The notes under the pieces are model-generated. The model was not told where the DNA came from, did not search any database, and worked only from the letters and a program-made list of their open reading frames with translations. A stretch of 55,564 nt of DNA, filler included, from Sluysia triapertura (taxonomy: Eukaryota): assembly GCA_046118255.1 (NCBI GenBank). It is 4 parts of 4 records of this genome, joined end to end, with 100 filler letters (N's around TTAATTAATTAA, not from the genome) between each part and the next. Parts side by side here need not be neighbours in the genome. Positions count along the whole stretch, not along the records: positions 39,690 to 55,564 come from JBJNIA010216364.1; 3 more parts are not named here. One strand, 5' to 3'. Made by a program: the position numbers and the translations under genes. Positions 53,901-55,564 of this stretch are shown here, piece after piece (within the stretch, counting starts at the first letter, position 1; every line of letters starts with the position of its first letter).

Positions 53901-54627
53901 AATGTATTTTGAGTGTATTTTACGGAGATACTATTATAGTATAGAACCTTAGAATAAAATAAACTAACGTTACAAAATTAATTTATTGAAAGCCAAGATT
54001 GAAATTCGTCTTTAGAACTGAGTTATCAGAAAATACTGCGTGCATCTGTATAAAACTCGGATGACTTGTATAATTCTTTTGTATTCTTTCTGTTAAAAAT
54101 TTGTGAAATCTGTTTAAACACTTGTTGGAAAGCTTGTGAAATCCTGCAAATTCTGTATGTGTTTATTGTATAAAATTTTTTGGTGAGTTAATGTAACAAT
54201 GTACGTCTTTTTATATTTATTTTGGATTGACCTTGGCTTTCAAATAACAATTTAAACAAATAAAAATATTAAATTGAATTTATATATAATATTTACATTT
54301 AAAAATTAAAAACACTTATTAAATTAATTTTAAAAATATTAAATATTAAATAATACCTACATTTAAAATGTGAACTACTTCCAGAATTAAACAGCCGAGT
54401 TAAAAATTAATAATAATAAAAATAAAAATCTATAATAATTATAATGTACAAATAAAAAAATCAATAATGTCAATTAATATACATAATATACACATAAATG
54501 TGTGCCTGCACAATGTTCAGTTATGTCACAGTGTTTATGTTTCCTTACAGTGCGTTTAATTCTTTATGCATGCTTAATTAATTATTTGTTTTTAATTAAT
54601 TATTCAGTTTTTGATTAGAAGGTTAAG

Positions 54628-55190
54628 TGTGGTGTCCCACTTATACAAAATTCGTTTTACATATTGTCATCTCATTACATCCAATATAATTCACAAATAA
54701 CAGATTAAAAAAAGTTCATACATAAAAATTCAGTTTTCATCTTATCATTTCATTACATCCAATATAATCTACAAACAATAAATTACGAATGACAAAATAC
54801 TAAGACACATTCAATTATACTAAATTTGAATAATCACTTGTATCAACACTAATTGTAATTTATCAACATCATAGTCCTTGTTTTCATTATTATCACTTAA
54901 TTATTATTTATTTATAAACACCATAAATCTAAATTCTGGATTATTATCTTTATATATAAAACTTAATATACTCAATTGTAATGAAGTTATATCTAAGCAG
55001 AACTTGAACAAGAGACAAGTAGAAGTAAAGGTAAAGCAATTCATATTAGATATTTAAATTTAAGAATCTGAGTTTCTTTCGATTAAGTCGTGAAGATTTG
55101 GAAAGTTATAATTATGTGAAAGGGTGTAGTGAAAAAAAATTTTAATGCACCGAAAAATTTTGAAATATTTGGAATGATTAGCTTGTCACA
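54628..55190 (+). mobile_element. LTR-like element (family A-related) followed by a decayed PBS-like motif
   Basis: TGTGGTG...TGTCACA termini, C/A-rich 5' half and a TATATAAAA box. Followed by GTGAATGAACGATGCAGGA...TAAGTAA. Confidence 0.45.
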
Positions 55191-55466
55191 GTGAATGAAC
55201 GATGCAGGACGTTGCTCGAGTTAAGTAAAAGTTATAACTAATTTTAACTTTTTGTTTTTATTACTTTATTAGATTGCAAGCTTCTGTCTGTGGGATTTTA
55301 CATCTTGTATTTAGCGTTCGATTTTCTGTGTAAAACTTTTATACAAATTATGAATAAATATATTAAATGTTATTTTAGTGAAATTTTTATTTATTTATTT
55401 TATTATATTTATTTATTTTAAAACTAGATTGTTTTTATTTTATTATAGAAATTTTGTTGTAATGAT

Positions 55467-55505
55467 TACTACTACTACTACTACTACGACTACTACTACT
55501 ACTAC

Positions 55506-55564
<59 letters not shown>
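55467..55564. repeat. Compound (CTA)n(TAA)n microsatellite at the window end
   Basis: Direct reading. Confidence 0.95.

Overview
Very AT-rich, intron-rich animal DNA, not prokaryotic. The AT content, (TAA)n tracts and TE mix suggest an invertebrate such as a planarian, but this is inference only. Four contigs (1-10936, 11037-22988, 23089-39589, 39690-55564) are joined by artificial N44-TTAATTAATTAA-N44 linkers, so adjacency across linkers is not evidence of linkage. Host genes appear only as scattered exons: one SNX17-like FERM exon (contig 2), two exons of a T-type Ca2+ channel (Cav3 IS6, gating brake and I-II linker; contig 3), and three in-phase exons of a SAM-domain, ASZ1/GASZ-like gene (contig 4). 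The rest is decayed mobile DNA: a Ty3/gypsy-like LTR-PBS-gag-protease unit followed by a RING finger instead of RT; hAT, piggyBac-like, mariner, Tc1, Tigger and Merlin relics; and several uncharacterised dispersed repeat families. The best candidate for something new is a dispersed LTR-like element (6037-8729 minus; about 43765-46268 plus). Its conserved leader holds a cluster of ~60-nt hairpins, one with a compensatory base-pair change, followed by divergent BTB/Skp1-like cargo ORFs. All family assignments come from motifs recognised by eye; no searches were run.
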